DNA of 64,000 bases, taken from positions 281,628 to 345,627 of the forward strand of contig CAWFIK010000002.1 in assembly GCA_963815865.1 (NCBI GenBank). Direction: 5' to 3'. The DNA comes from an uncultured Acidobacteriota bacterium. Its GTDB lineage: Bacteria > Acidobacteriota > Thermoanaerobaculia > UBA5066 > Gp7-AA6. Positions 1-9,868 of this stretch are shown in pieces. Positions within the stretch are counted from its first letter, which is position 1; each line of letters opens with the position of its first letter. The position numbers and the translations under genes are program-made. The notes beneath the pieces are model-generated. The model made no database searches. It saw nothing but the letters and a program-made list of their open reading frames with translations, and had not been told where the DNA came from.

Positions 1-510
1 TATCTCGCTTCGGAGCGGGCGCCCGCGAGAATCGTTCTGCGTCCGTCCGGGCGGTCCCTCGCGAAGGAGATCGATTTTCTCCAGGCGGCCAAGGAGCGCA
101 TCCTGTGGGGACCGCCCGACGAAATCGTCCTCGCCGCCATCGAAGGGCTGCTCGGCTCGCTCCCCTCACCCGCCGCGCGGGGCCGTTCGCGCCCGCGACG
201 CCCGAGAGAAACGACGACCGCGCTGCTCCTGGAGGGACGAGTGACCTCCGGCCGCGCGCGCGCGGCCCTCGCGGCCCTCGCGGGGGACGCGCGGCTCTGG
301 ATTGTCGAGAGTCCCCGGAGTGTCCACCTGAGCCGATCTCTGCTCGAGAGATTGCGGAATTCGGGTGTGAGCTGGTCCGCTCTCGACCCGGTGATCGTCG
401 CCGGCGTCCTCGCCTCTCCGCGCCTGGCCGCAGTCCGATCCCGTTGGAAGCGCCTGCTGCCTCCCGGCACGCCGCTCTGGATTCTCCCGCAAGGACGGCG
501 GCGGCGGTGA
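1..510 (+). CDS. hypothetical protein, 3' fragment (gene begins upstream of window)
   Basis: Frame 1 is open from nt 1 to the TGA at 508-510; the track lists only the 241..510 part. No family motif recognised. Confidence 0.35.
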   Translation, partial: YLASERAPARIVLRPSGRSLAKEIDFLQAAKERILWGPPDEIVLAAIEGLLGSLPSPAARGRSRPRRPRETTTALLLEGRVTSGRARAALAALAGDARLWIVESPRSVHLSRSLLERLRNSGVSWSALDPVIVAGVLASPRLAAVRSRWKRLLPPGTPLWILPQGRRRR

Positions 511-534
511 CAGCGCCGTCAGCTCAGCCGCCTG

Positions 535-1041
535 TCAGGAGAGGCGATCGAGGGCCTCGAGGATCTTGTCGGCCGGGGGCTGCTCCGAGATTTTGTGGAT
601 GTCGATGTAGCGGATGATCCCCTCCCCGTCCAGCACGAAGATCGCGCGCTCGGCGATTCCCGCGGGCCGGAGGATTCCGTAGTCGACGGCGACCTTCCCG
701 TGCGGCCAGAAGTCGGAGAGGAGAGGATATGAGAGCCCTCCAATCGACCCGGCCCACGCCTCCTGGGAATGAACGTTGTCCGTGCTGATGCCCAGAACCT
801 GGGCATTACGCCGTTCGAACTCGGAGAGTTCCCTCTCGTACGACGGCATCTGGGCGCTTCAAGTGGAGGTGAAAGCCGCCGGAAAGAACGCCAGAACGAC
901 ATTCTTGCCGCGGTAGTCCTTCAACGAGATCTCCTTCTTCGGTCCGCCCCGTCCGGCGGTGTCTCCCGTCGCGGGGAGCGTGAAGTCGGGAGCCGCGTCT
1001 CCGACTTCAAGCTTCCAGACCGGTTTCGCCTTGTTCGCCAT
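535..1041 (-). CDS. peroxiredoxin (AhpC/TSA-Prx family) selenoprotein, UGA-Sec at the peroxidatic position
   Basis: Track ORFs 859..1041 (ends ...[13 protein letters not shown]) and 535..849 are in the same frame, separated by a single TGA (859-861). The joined product reads [24 protein letters not shown]..., 169 codons including the stop. The UGA sits where the FT..C peroxidatic Cys of Prx proteins lies. Confidence 0.8.
810..847 (-). promoter_or_regulatory. candidate bacterial SECIS hairpin downstream of the Prx UGA
   Basis: On the mRNA, starting 12 nt after the UGA: GCCGU...ACGGC outer stem (847-843 / 814-810) enclosing GAGAG-GGAA-CUCUC (837-824). Position fits the usual bSECIS spacing. 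Folded by eye only. Confidence 0.4.
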
Positions 1042-1166
1042 CGATTCTCCTTCTCGCGGCGTCCGCCACGGCCGCGCATTCTAACGGCTGAAAGCAGAAT
1101 CCGGGCCAGCGTACGATTCGGCCGATTCCTTCCGACGACGTCCCGGGTCCGGTAGAATCCGCCCCC

Positions 1167-4100
1167 TTGGAGACCTCAACGCCGCCGCCAGCTTCCGCCG
1201 GGAGGGACTTCTCTCTCGGCGTTCCAGGGTTCACCTACCAGGATCTCCACCGCGACGAGCGGCTGGCGGACCTGGACCGCGCGTTCCTCGAACAGGTGCG
1301 TCGCGACGACGCGGCGCTCCACGCCCGGCTCACCGCGTACCGCGCCGATCCCGGCTCATTCGACCGCCTCGCCCGCTCGCGCCTCCTCGTCGATGCCGCG
1401 CGGCCGCTGGGAGGCTTCGTGGCGCGCCTCTTCGGGATCGAGAAGGAGTGGCGCGCTCAAGGCGCCTCCTCGGGACCCGAGGCCGTGCTCTTCCGGTTCC
1501 GGCGCGATTTCCTTCAGCGACGTGTCGTCCGGGCGAAGCTCCCTGAAGACCTCGCCGCCGGCGTCGCTTCGCTGCGCGAGGCCGCCGAGTGCCTCGAGCG
1601 CCGGCTCCACCCCGAGCTCCCCTGGGCGGAGGACCCCGAGCTCGCGACGGCGAAGATGGCGGCCGGGCTCCTCGACCTCGAGAGCGACTTCCTCGCGGCG
1701 GTCCGGCAGAAGAAGATCCCGCAGGTCCCCGACGCGTCCCGCGCCGCGGCGCGCGAGCTGGCTCGCCGCGCGCTCGATTGCTCCGCCGCGGTGCTCCCGC
1801 GGCCTCAGGGAGACTCCGACGAGGCGCTCCTCGCGTTCTTGGAGGCCCTCCTCGCGACCTACGCCGTCTGGTCCCTGGCGCGGATGCGCCTCCCGGACCT
1901 CGCGCCGCAGGTACGCGGCTGGACCTCCTTTCACCTGCCGGAGCCGATGAACTACGACGCCCTCGTGGTGACGGAGCGGCTCAACCCGGCTCTTCCCGAG
2001 GAGCGCGTGGGACCCCTCTCCCGCCGGCGCCGCCGCGACGGATTCGAGCTGACAGACCGGCGGATGACCCGCCGCGAGGTCCTCGGTCAGGCCCACTACT
2101 GCATCCTCTGCCATGACCGGGAGAAGGACTCCTGCTCGAAGGGCTTCCTGGACGAAAAGACCGGCACCTTCCAGAAGAACCCCCTCGGCATTCCGCTCAC
2201 GGGCTGCCCTCTCGACGAGAAGATCTCGGAGATGCACCAGCTGCGGCGCGAGGGGGATTCGATCGGAGCGCTCGCGCTCATCTGCATCGACAACCCGATG
2301 TGCCCCGGCACCGGCCACCGGATCTGCAACGACTGCATGAAGGGGTGCATCTTCCAGAAACAGGAGCCGGTCAACATCCCGCAGATCGAGACGGGAGTCC
2401 TGACCGACGTCCTCGCCCTCCCGTGGGGAGTCGAGATCTACGGGCTCCTGACCCGGTGGAACCCGCTGGCCCCCGCGCGCCCGTTCGCGCTCCCTTACAA
2501 CGGCAAGAAGATCCTGATCGTCGGTCTCGGCCCGGCCGGCTACACGCTCGCCCATTTCCTCTTGAACGAGGGGTTCGGCGTCGTCGGCATCGACGGGCTG
2601 AAGATCGAGCCCCTTCCGGCCGACTGGACGGGGGCCGATGGGAACGGAATTCGCGCCATCCGCGACTGGAGTGAGATCGAGCGTCCCCTCTCCCGGCGGG
2701 CTCTCGCCGGGTTCGGCGGCGTTTCCGAGTACGGGATCACGGTCCGCTGGGACAAGAACTTCCTGACGCTCCTCCACCTGACGCTGGCGCGGCGCGGGCG
2801 GCTCTCGATTCTCGGGGGCGTGCGTTTCGGGGGCACGCTCTCGGCGGAGCAGGCCTTCGAGGCCGGCTTCGACCACATCGCGGTCGCGGCCGGGGCGGGA
2901 CGGCCCACGATCATCGGAATGAAGAACAACATCATCCGCGGCGTCCGCAAGGCGTCGGACTTCCTGATGGCGCTTCAGCTGACCGGCGCATTCAAGGACG
3001 AGGCCCTGGCCAACCTGCAGGTGGAGCTGCCGGCGGTCGTCATCGGCGGCGGGCTGACCGCCATCGACACGGCGACGGAGCTGCTCGCCTACTACCCCCT
3101 GCTGGCCGAGAAGACGCTCGCCCGCTACGAGAAGCTCGCCGCCGAGCGCGGCGAGGCGGGCATCCGGGCGATCTTCGACGGCGAGGAACGGGAGATCCTG
3201 GACCGCCTTCTCCACCACGGCACGCAGGTGCGCCGCGAGCGAGAGCGGGCCCGCGCCGCCGGGGAGGCTCCCGGCTTCGCGCGCCTCTGCCAGCAGTGGG
3301 GCGGCGTCTCGATCGTCTACCGCCGCTCGATGGAGGAGTCCCCGGCCTACCGGCTGAATCACGAGGAGATCATCAAGGCTCTCGAGGAAGGAATCTCCTT
3401 CATCGAGAACATGGAACCGGAGGAGGCCGTCGCCGACTTCAGCGGGCACCTGGCGGCCGTGCGGTTCCGCCGCTCGCGCGGAGGCGACCTCGTGGAGCTG
3501 CCGGCCCGCACCTGCTGGGTCGCGGCCGGAACGACCCCGAACATCACGTACGAGAAGGAGCACCCGGGCACGTTCCCGATGGACGAGCGGCGGCGGTTCT
3601 TCCTCCCTCACCGCGCGGAGCCGGACGGCGGCGGAGGCTGGAGGCTCGTCGCCTCCTTCGCGATGGACGAGTCCGCGTTCTTCACCGGCTACGCGCGCGG
3701 CGGGCGTTTCATCACCTTCTTCGGCGACAACCATCCCGCTTTCAACGGCAACGTGGTCAAGGCCATGGCGTCGGCGCGGGGGGGGTACCGGGCGATCACC
3801 TCGGTGCTCCTGGGCGACGCGCCGGAGCGCCCGGTCGTGTCCGACCGGGAATGGGAGGACTTCCGGGGCCGGATCGAGGACCGGCTGACCGCCCGCGTCA
3901 TCGCCGTCAATCGCCTGACGCCGACGATCGTGGAGGTCGTCGTGCGGGCGCCGGCCGCCGCGGCGAACTTCGAGCCGGGGCAGTTCTACCGGCTTCAGAA
4001 CTTCGAGTCACGGGCCCCGGTAGTCGAAGGCTCGCCCCTCCTGATCGAGCCTCTCGCGTTGACGGGCGCGTGGGTAGACCCCGAGCAGGGCCTTCTCTCG

Positions 4101-4862
4101 ATGATCGCCCTGGAGCTCGGCTCTTCCTCGCGGCTCTGCAGCGTCCTGACGCCGGGCGAGCCGGTCCTCGCCATGGGCCCGACCGGCACCGCGACCGAGC
4201 TTCCCCGCGACTCGACCGTGCTCCTCTGCGGCGGAGGGCTCGGCAACGCGGTCCTCCTCTCGATCGGAAAGAAAGCGCGAGCTTTGGGCAACAAGGTCAT
4301 CTACTTCGCCGGCTACAAGAAGGCGGTCGATTTCTACAAGCGCGAGGACGTCGAGGCGGCGGCCGACGTCCTGGTGCTCTCGGTGGACCACGGCGAGACG
4401 ATCCCGGTCCGGCGCCCGAATGACCGCGAGTTCGTGGGCAACATCGTGGAGGCCATGGTGGCCTACGGCTCCGGAGCCCTCGGAAAGACCCCGATTTCGC
4501 TGTCGGATGTCGAGCGGTTGATCGCGATCGGCTCGGACCGCATGATGGCCGCGGTGACCCGCGCCCGCCATGGCGTCCTCGCGCCGTTTCTCTCCCCTCG
4601 GCACGTCGGCATCGGCTCGATCAACTCGCCGATGCAGTGCATGATGAAAGAGGTCTGCGCCCAGTGCCTCCAGCGCCACGTGGACCCGGTCACCGGGGCG
4701 GAGAAGGAGATCGTCTTCTCCTGCTTCAACCAGGATCAGAAGCTGGACGAGATGGACTGGGACAACCTCGCCTCACGCCTCCGCCAGAACACAGTTTCCG
4801 AGAAACTGACGAATCTCTGGCTGGAGCGCCTCTTGTCTCTCCGCGACGTCCGTACCGTCTAA
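1167..4862 (+). CDS. large multidomain FAD/NAD(P)-dependent oxidoreductase (GltD-like pyridine-nucleotide oxidoreductase core + PyrK/ferredoxin-reductase-like C-terminal module)
   Basis: 1231-aa uninterrupted ORF. Rossmann motif KILIVGLGPAGYTLAHF. C-terminal FAD/NAD module (FEPGQFYRLQ, LLCGGGLGNA) ending in the Cys cluster CMMKEVCAQC...SCF. TTG start is uncertain. Confidence 0.8.
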   Translation: METSTPPPASAGRDFSLGVPGFTYQDLHRDERLADLDRAFLEQVRRDDAALHARLTAYRADPGSFDRLARSRLLVDAARPLGGFVARLFGIEKEWRAQGASSGPEAVLFRFRRDFLQRRVVRAKLPEDLAAGVASLREAAECLERRLHPELPWAEDPELATAKMAAGLLDLESDFLAAVRQKKIPQVPDASRAAARELARRALDCSAAVLPRPQGDSDEALLAFLEALLATYAVWSLARMRLPDLAPQVRGWTSFHLPEPMNYDALVVTERLNPALPEERVGPLSRRRRRDGFELTDRRMTRREVLGQAHYCILCHDREKDSCSKGFLDEKTGTFQKNPLGIPLTGCPLDEKISEMHQLRREGDSIGALALICIDNPMCPGTGHRICNDCMKGCIFQKQEPVNIPQIETGVLTDVLALPWGVEIYGLLTRWNPLAPARPFALPYNGKKILIVGLGPAGYTLAHFLLNEGFGVVGIDGLKIEPLPADWTGADGNGIRAIRDWSEIERPLSRRALAGFGGVSEYGITVRWDKNFLTLLHLTLARRGRLSILGGVRFGGTLSAEQAFEAGFDHIAVAAGAGRPTIIGMKNNIIRGVRKASDFLMALQLTGAFKDEALANLQVELPAVVIGGGLTAIDTATELLAYYPLLAEKTLARYEKLAAERGEAGIRAIFDGEEREILDRLLHHGTQVRRERERARAAGEAPGFARLCQQWGGVSIVYRRSMEESPAYRLNHEEIIKALEEGISFIENMEPEEAVADFSGHLAAVRFRRSRGGDLVELPARTCWVAAGTTPNITYEKEHPGTFPMDERRRFFLPHRAEPDGGGGWRLVASFAMDESAFFTGYARGGRFITFFGDNHPAFNGNVVKAMASARGGYRAITSVLLGDAPERPVVSDREWEDFRGRIEDRLTARVIAVNRLTPTIVEVVVRAPAAAANFEPGQFYRLQNFESRAPVVEGSPLLIEPLALTGAWVDPEQGLLSMIALELGSSSRLCSVLTPGEPVLAMGPTGTATELPRDSTVLLCGGGLGNAVLLSIGKKARALGNKVIYFAGYKKAVDFYKREDVEAAADVLVLSVDHGETIPVRRPNDREFVGNIVEAMVAYGSGALGKTPISLSDVERLIAIGSDRMMAAVTRARHGVLAPFLSPRHVGIGSINSPMQCMMKEVCAQCLQRHVDPVTGAEKEIVFSCFNQDQKLDEMDWDNLASRLRQNTVSEKLTNLWLERLLSLRDVRTV

Positions 4863-5063
4863 CCCACGCCCCGCCTGCCCAGGTTATTTCCAAAACGATC
4901 ATCGGGAAGCTCCCCCTTCAGCGCGTCGCGAAGCGACGCAAAGCCCCGGTTCGCGGCGCGAGGAGTCTCCCAGTGGGGAGGAGCCTCGCGCCGCGGGAGC
5001 GAAGCGCCGGAGCTGATGAGCCCGCACAGCGGGCGAAATCCAAGCGCAGCGCGCGAAGCGACG

Positions 5064-6004
5064 TTAGGGGACGCGGGAGAGAAACAGCAGGTAGGGATTG
5101 ATCGCGAGGCCCGCCTTGAAGTTGCCGCTGTCTTCCGGCACGCGCGTGATCGAGAAATGCAGGTGCGACCCGCCGATCACGTGTCCGGTCGCTCCAACGT
5201 AGCCGATCACCTCACCCTTGTGGACGCGCTTTCCGGGGATCGCCTCATCCGCATAGCGTGAGAGGTGGCAGTAGAAAAGGAGGTATTTGCCGGTCGAGTC
5301 GGTCTGATAGATCGACTTGCCGCCGCGCTTCTCCCGCGTGACGCGGACGATCTGTCCATCCGTCGTGGCGAGAACGGGGGTCCCCTTCGGGGCGCCAATG
5401 TCGATGGCCAGGTGCTGGGCGTACTTCCCTCGCTTCGAGAGGAACGAGTCCCGCAGCTTCCCGGCGTCCACTCCCTCGACCGGGATCAGGAAATCCTGCG
5501 AGAGAAGGAGGTCCAGATCCACGTCTTCGGGCCGCACCCGGGCGGCCGAGGACTTCGGGCGGAAGAAGGAGCCGAGCTTGCGGGCGATCCGAGTGATCCC
5601 CTGGCTGACGACCGCCGCGGGTTGCTCGCCTCCGGGCCGACTTCGGCAGACTCTCCTTCGAGGGTGTCCGGATTGCCCCCATCCGAATCGTGAACCCGGA
5701 CCTCTACGACGGTATCTATCGGATCGCAAAGGGGTTGTGGATAGCTATAGACGGCCGCCGGCGGGGGCGGAGGTCCGTAAAACGCAAGCTCCGAGAGATC
5801 CAGCCGGGAGAGGACCACGACTCCGGCTTCGTTTTGATGGATGAGAGTCTTCGTCTTCTTCGGAGCAGGCTTCCGGGCCGCGTGCCGAGCGGGATGCCGG
5901 CGGGAAGCGCCGCCTCTGGCCGTTCTCGCCTCGAGCATCGAGGGCAAAGCCAGCAGAAGAAGGACGGCCCCGAGGGCCGCCGGGATGCCCGGCACCTTTC
6001 GCAC
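5064..6004 (-). CDS. secreted M23/LytM-family metallopeptidase (one apparent frameshift near 5625-5635)
   Basis: C-terminal M23 motifs HLAIDIGAP and GATGHVIGGSHLHF lie in ORF 5064..5729. The signal peptide VRKVPGIPAALGAVLLLLALP lies in ORF 5486..6004. The two frames join around GPE|EQPAAVV. Confidence 0.7.
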
Positions 6005-6091
6005 GGAGAAGATTATTTCGGAGGGCGCGAACCGAGGTCAATAGTAAAGATCAACCAAATCAAGGACTTATGCTTTGCCAGCATATTCGGA

Positions 6092-6652
6092 TCAGCCGCG
6101 TTCGAGGTAGCTGTTGTCGCGAGTATCGATCTTGATCCGGATGCCTGCCTCGATAAACTGCGGGACCATCACTTGGAGCCCTGTCTCGAGCGTGGCGGGC
6201 TTGTAGGAAGCGGAAGCCGTGGCCCCCTTCATGCCCGGCTGCGTCTCGACGACCTTGAGAGTCACGGTGTTCGGCAGCTCGATCCCGACCGGGTTCTCTT
6301 CGAAGAAATCCACGTGGATGACGGTGTTCGGAAGGAGATAGGCCATCTGCTCGCCGATGATCTCGTCGGAGAGCGCCATCTGGTCGTAGGACTCCTGGTC
6401 CATGAAGTGATGGCCGGCGGCGTCGGAATAGAGGTATTCCATCTCCCGCTCGTCGAGCGAGGCCTTCTCCACCCGGTCCGTCGAGCCGAACCGGTGCTCG
6501 TTCATGGCGCCGCTTCGCAGGTTGCGCATCTTCGCCTGCACGAAGCCGCGCAGGTTGCCGGGGGTCTTGTGGATCACGCCGTGAACGCGGTGCAGCTCGC
6601 CGTTGTAGATGATGAGCGTTCCGCTGCGAAGCTGAGTTGCCGGGATCATCAT
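6092..6652 (-). CDS. efp: elongation factor P
   Basis: MMIPATQLRSGTLIIYNGELHRV...KPATLETGLQVMVPQFI... is full-length EF-P. Start placed at ATG 6652, not the upstream ORF start at 6706. Confidence 0.93.
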   Translation of the reverse strand: MMIPATQLRSGTLIIYNGELHRVHGVIHKTPGNLRGFVQAKMRNLRSGAMNEHRFGSTDRVEKASLDEREMEYLYSDAAGHHFMDQESYDQMALSDEIIGEQMAYLLPNTVIHVDFFEENPVGIELPNTVTLKVVETQPGMKGATASASYKPATLETGLQVMVPQFIEAGIRIKIDTRDNSYLERG

Positions 6653-6761
6653 GAGCCGCTCCGATCCGTCAAAAAAGGATGCGAAATCTAGCAGACCGGC
6701 CCGCAAAACGAAAGCCCCGGGCGGCGGACCGCCCGGGGCCTCGGTAGTTCCGGAAAGGGTC

Positions 6762-8274
6762 TCAGTCGCGGGGGGCGCGTCGCCCCGGGACGACCACCGG
6801 CGCCCGGTCGGGGATCGCGTCGGATTCCGCCGGGAAGGCGAGCTTCATCGAAGCGTCCTGGAGCGGGAACTCGTCGAAGAACGCCCGCCACGAGTCCTCG
6901 GTGAAGAAAAGCGAGGTATCCACCGCTGCTCCGATCGCGGTCGTCCCGGCAGCCGGGACGTCCGGAGTAAAGAGGGCGACGGACAGGTCCGGACGCGGGA
7001 CCGAGACGCCGTAGGCACTGTTGATGAATTGGATGATCTCGTCGGCCAGGATCGAATAGCCGATGTTGGACATGTGGACCGCCTCGCCGTAGGAGAACAT
7101 TCCGCCGGTGACGAAGTCCTTGGTGATCGTGATGCCCCCGTACGTCCGCCCGTTCGCCTCGAAGTCCAGAGCGAAGGCATAGAAGTCGAAATACTTGAAT
7201 CCGTTCGATTCCGCCGCCGACTTGATCACCGCGTTCATGTCCTTGATCCGCTGATCGATGGCGGCGACCTCGTCGGGATAGAGCAGGACGCCGATGTTGA
7301 CCGTGGCGGGCGGCGAGAAACCGCCGTCGGGCAGCGGCTTGCCGCACTGGGGAAACGCCGCCACCGGCGCGACCGCGCACGGAATGCCGAAACCGACTCC
7401 AAGCAGCGACTTCCCGCCCAGGGCCGCCTGAGGAGCGTTCGCTCCGAGCGTGACGAGCGTTCCGGCGGGGAGCGGACAGGGCGCCGTCGGGCAGGTGGAG
7501 GTCGTCCGGGGGCCCAGCAGCGGGATCGTCGATCCTCCGACGATCAACGGCTTGTTCGTCGAGGGATCCAGAACGACCGGCGGGAGGGTGCTCGCGAGCG
7601 GAATGATGTGCAGCTCCGGACGTTCCCAGGAAGACCCCGGTCCGTCCGGTCGCCTTCAGGGCCGCGGCGACCGCGTTGTACTTGGCCGTGAAAACGGGCA
7701 GGGGTGTCGCCGTCACCCCATCCAGGAGGAACCCGGCGCCACCGGCGGTCAGGATGTCGTTGCCGATGATGCCGAGCGTGATGAACGTCGGGTTGAGAGA
7801 GAGAGCCTGTGTCAGCTCCGACCCCTTTCCCCGCAGGACGACGTCGGCCAGCGCCAGGCCGTCGGCCGAGGTCTTGACGTCGCTGACGTCTCCCGCCTTC
7901 GCGCCTGGAATCGACAGGTTGTCGTAGGAGCGGGCGAGCAGCGCGTTGGTCGGAGCACCCACCTTGGTCGTCGAGATCGGTCCGAACGTCACCGGAACGA
8001 GGCTCTTCAAGCCCGTGCAGACCGGGAGCCCGGGGTCCGAGACCGTGGGCTGCTGAAAGTCGCTGATGCCGAACTGCTTCGCGAGGGTGGCGGGATACGA
8101 GAACTGCTGGTTGCGGGCGACGAGGCAACCGGCCGAGTACCCGGCCCCGTAGCTGTCTCCCAGGGCGACGTACTTGGTGAAGGTCGGCGCCTGGGCCGTG
8201 GCCTGACTTGCCGCGAGAAGCGCGAGACCGACGCCAAGCGAAAACGCGCGCAGAATCGTTGTTTTCATCATCAT
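6762..8274 (-). CDS. secreted SGNH/GDSL-family lipase/esterase (one apparent frameshift near 7620-7630)
   Basis: GAGGAG Shine-Dalgarno sequence then ATGATGATG at 8274. Signal peptide, then block I YVALGDSYGAGY in ORF 6688..8418. The C-terminal half (HMSNIGYSILADEII) is in ORF 6762..7547, and that frame extends upstream as ERPELHIIPLASTLPPVVLD. Confidence 0.7.
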
Positions 8275-8282
8275 CTCCTCGG

Positions 8283-9637
8283 TTAGAACGAGACCCTGAG
8301 GCTGAACGCGAAGATGTTGGCCGTTTCCTTGTACTGCCCGAAGAAGTTGTCCTGCGACTGTCCCGCGGTGTCGAGCTTCTTGAACTTGATGTAGAGGTCG
8401 GAGATGTCCACGCCCCATCGCTCGGTGTCATAGCCGAAGCCGAGCGAGTAGGCGTTGCGGTCGTTGTCGGCGAGGATGGGGCCGGCGTTTTCGACCGGCT
8501 GCGGCGTGTTGTCCCGGTAGTAGCCGGCCCGCACCGCGAAGTTCGCGAACTTCTTCTCGAGACCTCCGCGATACGCCCACGAGTTCTTCCACGCCATCTT
8601 GCGGTGCAGATCTTTCCCCGTCAAATCCGGAAAGAGGATGTCCAGGTTCTCGAACTTCGACCACTCCGTCCAATCCGCCTCGCCGGAGATCGTCAGCTGT
8701 CCGGGGAGCGTGACGGCGGCACCGAGGTTCAGGCTTCCGGGAAACTGGATACTCGTCGTGACCGGATGCGTTCCCTGCGGAAGCTGCGCGGCCACGATCG
8801 GATCGAACCGCGGGTCTCCGGTCAGCCGCTGCGCGAACGTGGCGGTCCCTTCGTAGTCCACCTTGATCTTGCTCCGGTACGCCACGCCGAACGAGAGCTG
8901 CGGAACCGGACGGATAAGAACGCCAGCGTTCCATCCCCAGCCGTGGTTGTCCGTCAGGTCGCTGTTCAACTTGACGTGTGCGATGTCTACTGTCGAGAGG
9001 GTGAATGGATTGACCCCCGCCGGCTGGTTCTTCTCGAGCTGCACCTTGGAGAACCTCAGATCCGCCCCGACGGCGACCGCGATCGCCGGGGTCGCCTGGA
9101 ACGACAGGACCGGGTTCAAGTCCACCGACTGGATCACCGCGTTCTGGCCGATGAAGCGGCCGGAGTAGCTGCTGCTCTTGACCGGATTGGTCGCGCAGTC
9201 GCCGCCGCAGTCCTCCGCGTTGTCCCAGCGGAAGCCGAGACCGTACTGCGAGAAGATCCCGAGGCCGAGGTTGATCTCGGAGGTCAACGGCGCGACGACG
9301 TAGACCGTCGGCAGCGTGAACGTCGTCTTGTGCTGCTTCTCGACGTCGTTCGCCCCGGGGAAGGGATTCTCGCCGGTGAAGTCTCCCTGCGTCTTGGTGA
9401 TGAAGGAGCTGCCGACCTCGACGTCGAAGTGCTTCTGCCACCCGAGCCCCGCAGGGTTGAAGAAGATCGCGGAGGGATCGTTGGCCACGGCCGTGAAGGC
9501 GAGGCCCATGCCCATCGCCCGCGCGCCTTGCGTGTTGAGCTGAAAGCCGGAAGGGAACGCCGGGACGGCGGCCAGGAAAACAGAATTGCCAGCGGAACGG
9601 AGACGGACCGAAATCGGACCCGAACAGGTCTTGCCAC
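8283..9637 (-). CDS. outer-membrane transport protein, FadL/OMPP1/TodX family (one apparent indel in a T-run near 9578)
   Basis: GFQLNTQGARAMGMGLAFTAVANDPSAIFFNPAGL N-terminal signature and a terminal ...FAFSLRVSF beta-barrel end. The signal peptide MARPVRVRFRSVSVPLAILF follows an AGGAGG RBS + GTG 9637, in an adjacent frame. Confidence 0.75.
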
Positions 9638-9868
9638 GGTTTCTCTCCTCCTGTTAAACAGTGATTTCGAGGTTAGGGACGGCCAATCTATGCCCGCCCG
9701 GACTCGAAGTCAAAGGCCATACGATCCCCGCGTGTCCCGCGACAGATAACTCTCCCGCCCGCGAAGCGAACGCGGAAAAGACCGGGACCGCAGGCCGACC
9801 GTCCGCTCGAGTCCGGCACACTGCTGGGCGAGCGTTACCGGATCGAATCGGTCCTCGGCTTCGGCGGG

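Noticed and set aside
859-861. In-frame TGA in the peroxiredoxin (and at 22729..22731 in selD) interpreted as pseudogene lesions
   Set aside because: Both stops fall exactly on the catalytic Cys/Sec position of their families. Both have perfect in-frame continuation and occur in a genome that encodes selD. Sec recoding is the better explanation.
1356-3734. 792-aa ORF antisense to the 1231-aa oxidoreductase gene
   Set aside because: Arg/Gly/Pro/Glu-rich low-complexity product with no motifs. The sense strand carries clear Rossmann and FAD/NAD motifs. This is a typical high-GC antisense open frame.
6653-6706. 18-codon N-terminal extension of efp given by the track ORF
   Set aside because: EF-P homologues begin at the MMIPATQLR-type sequence, and the extension has no support.
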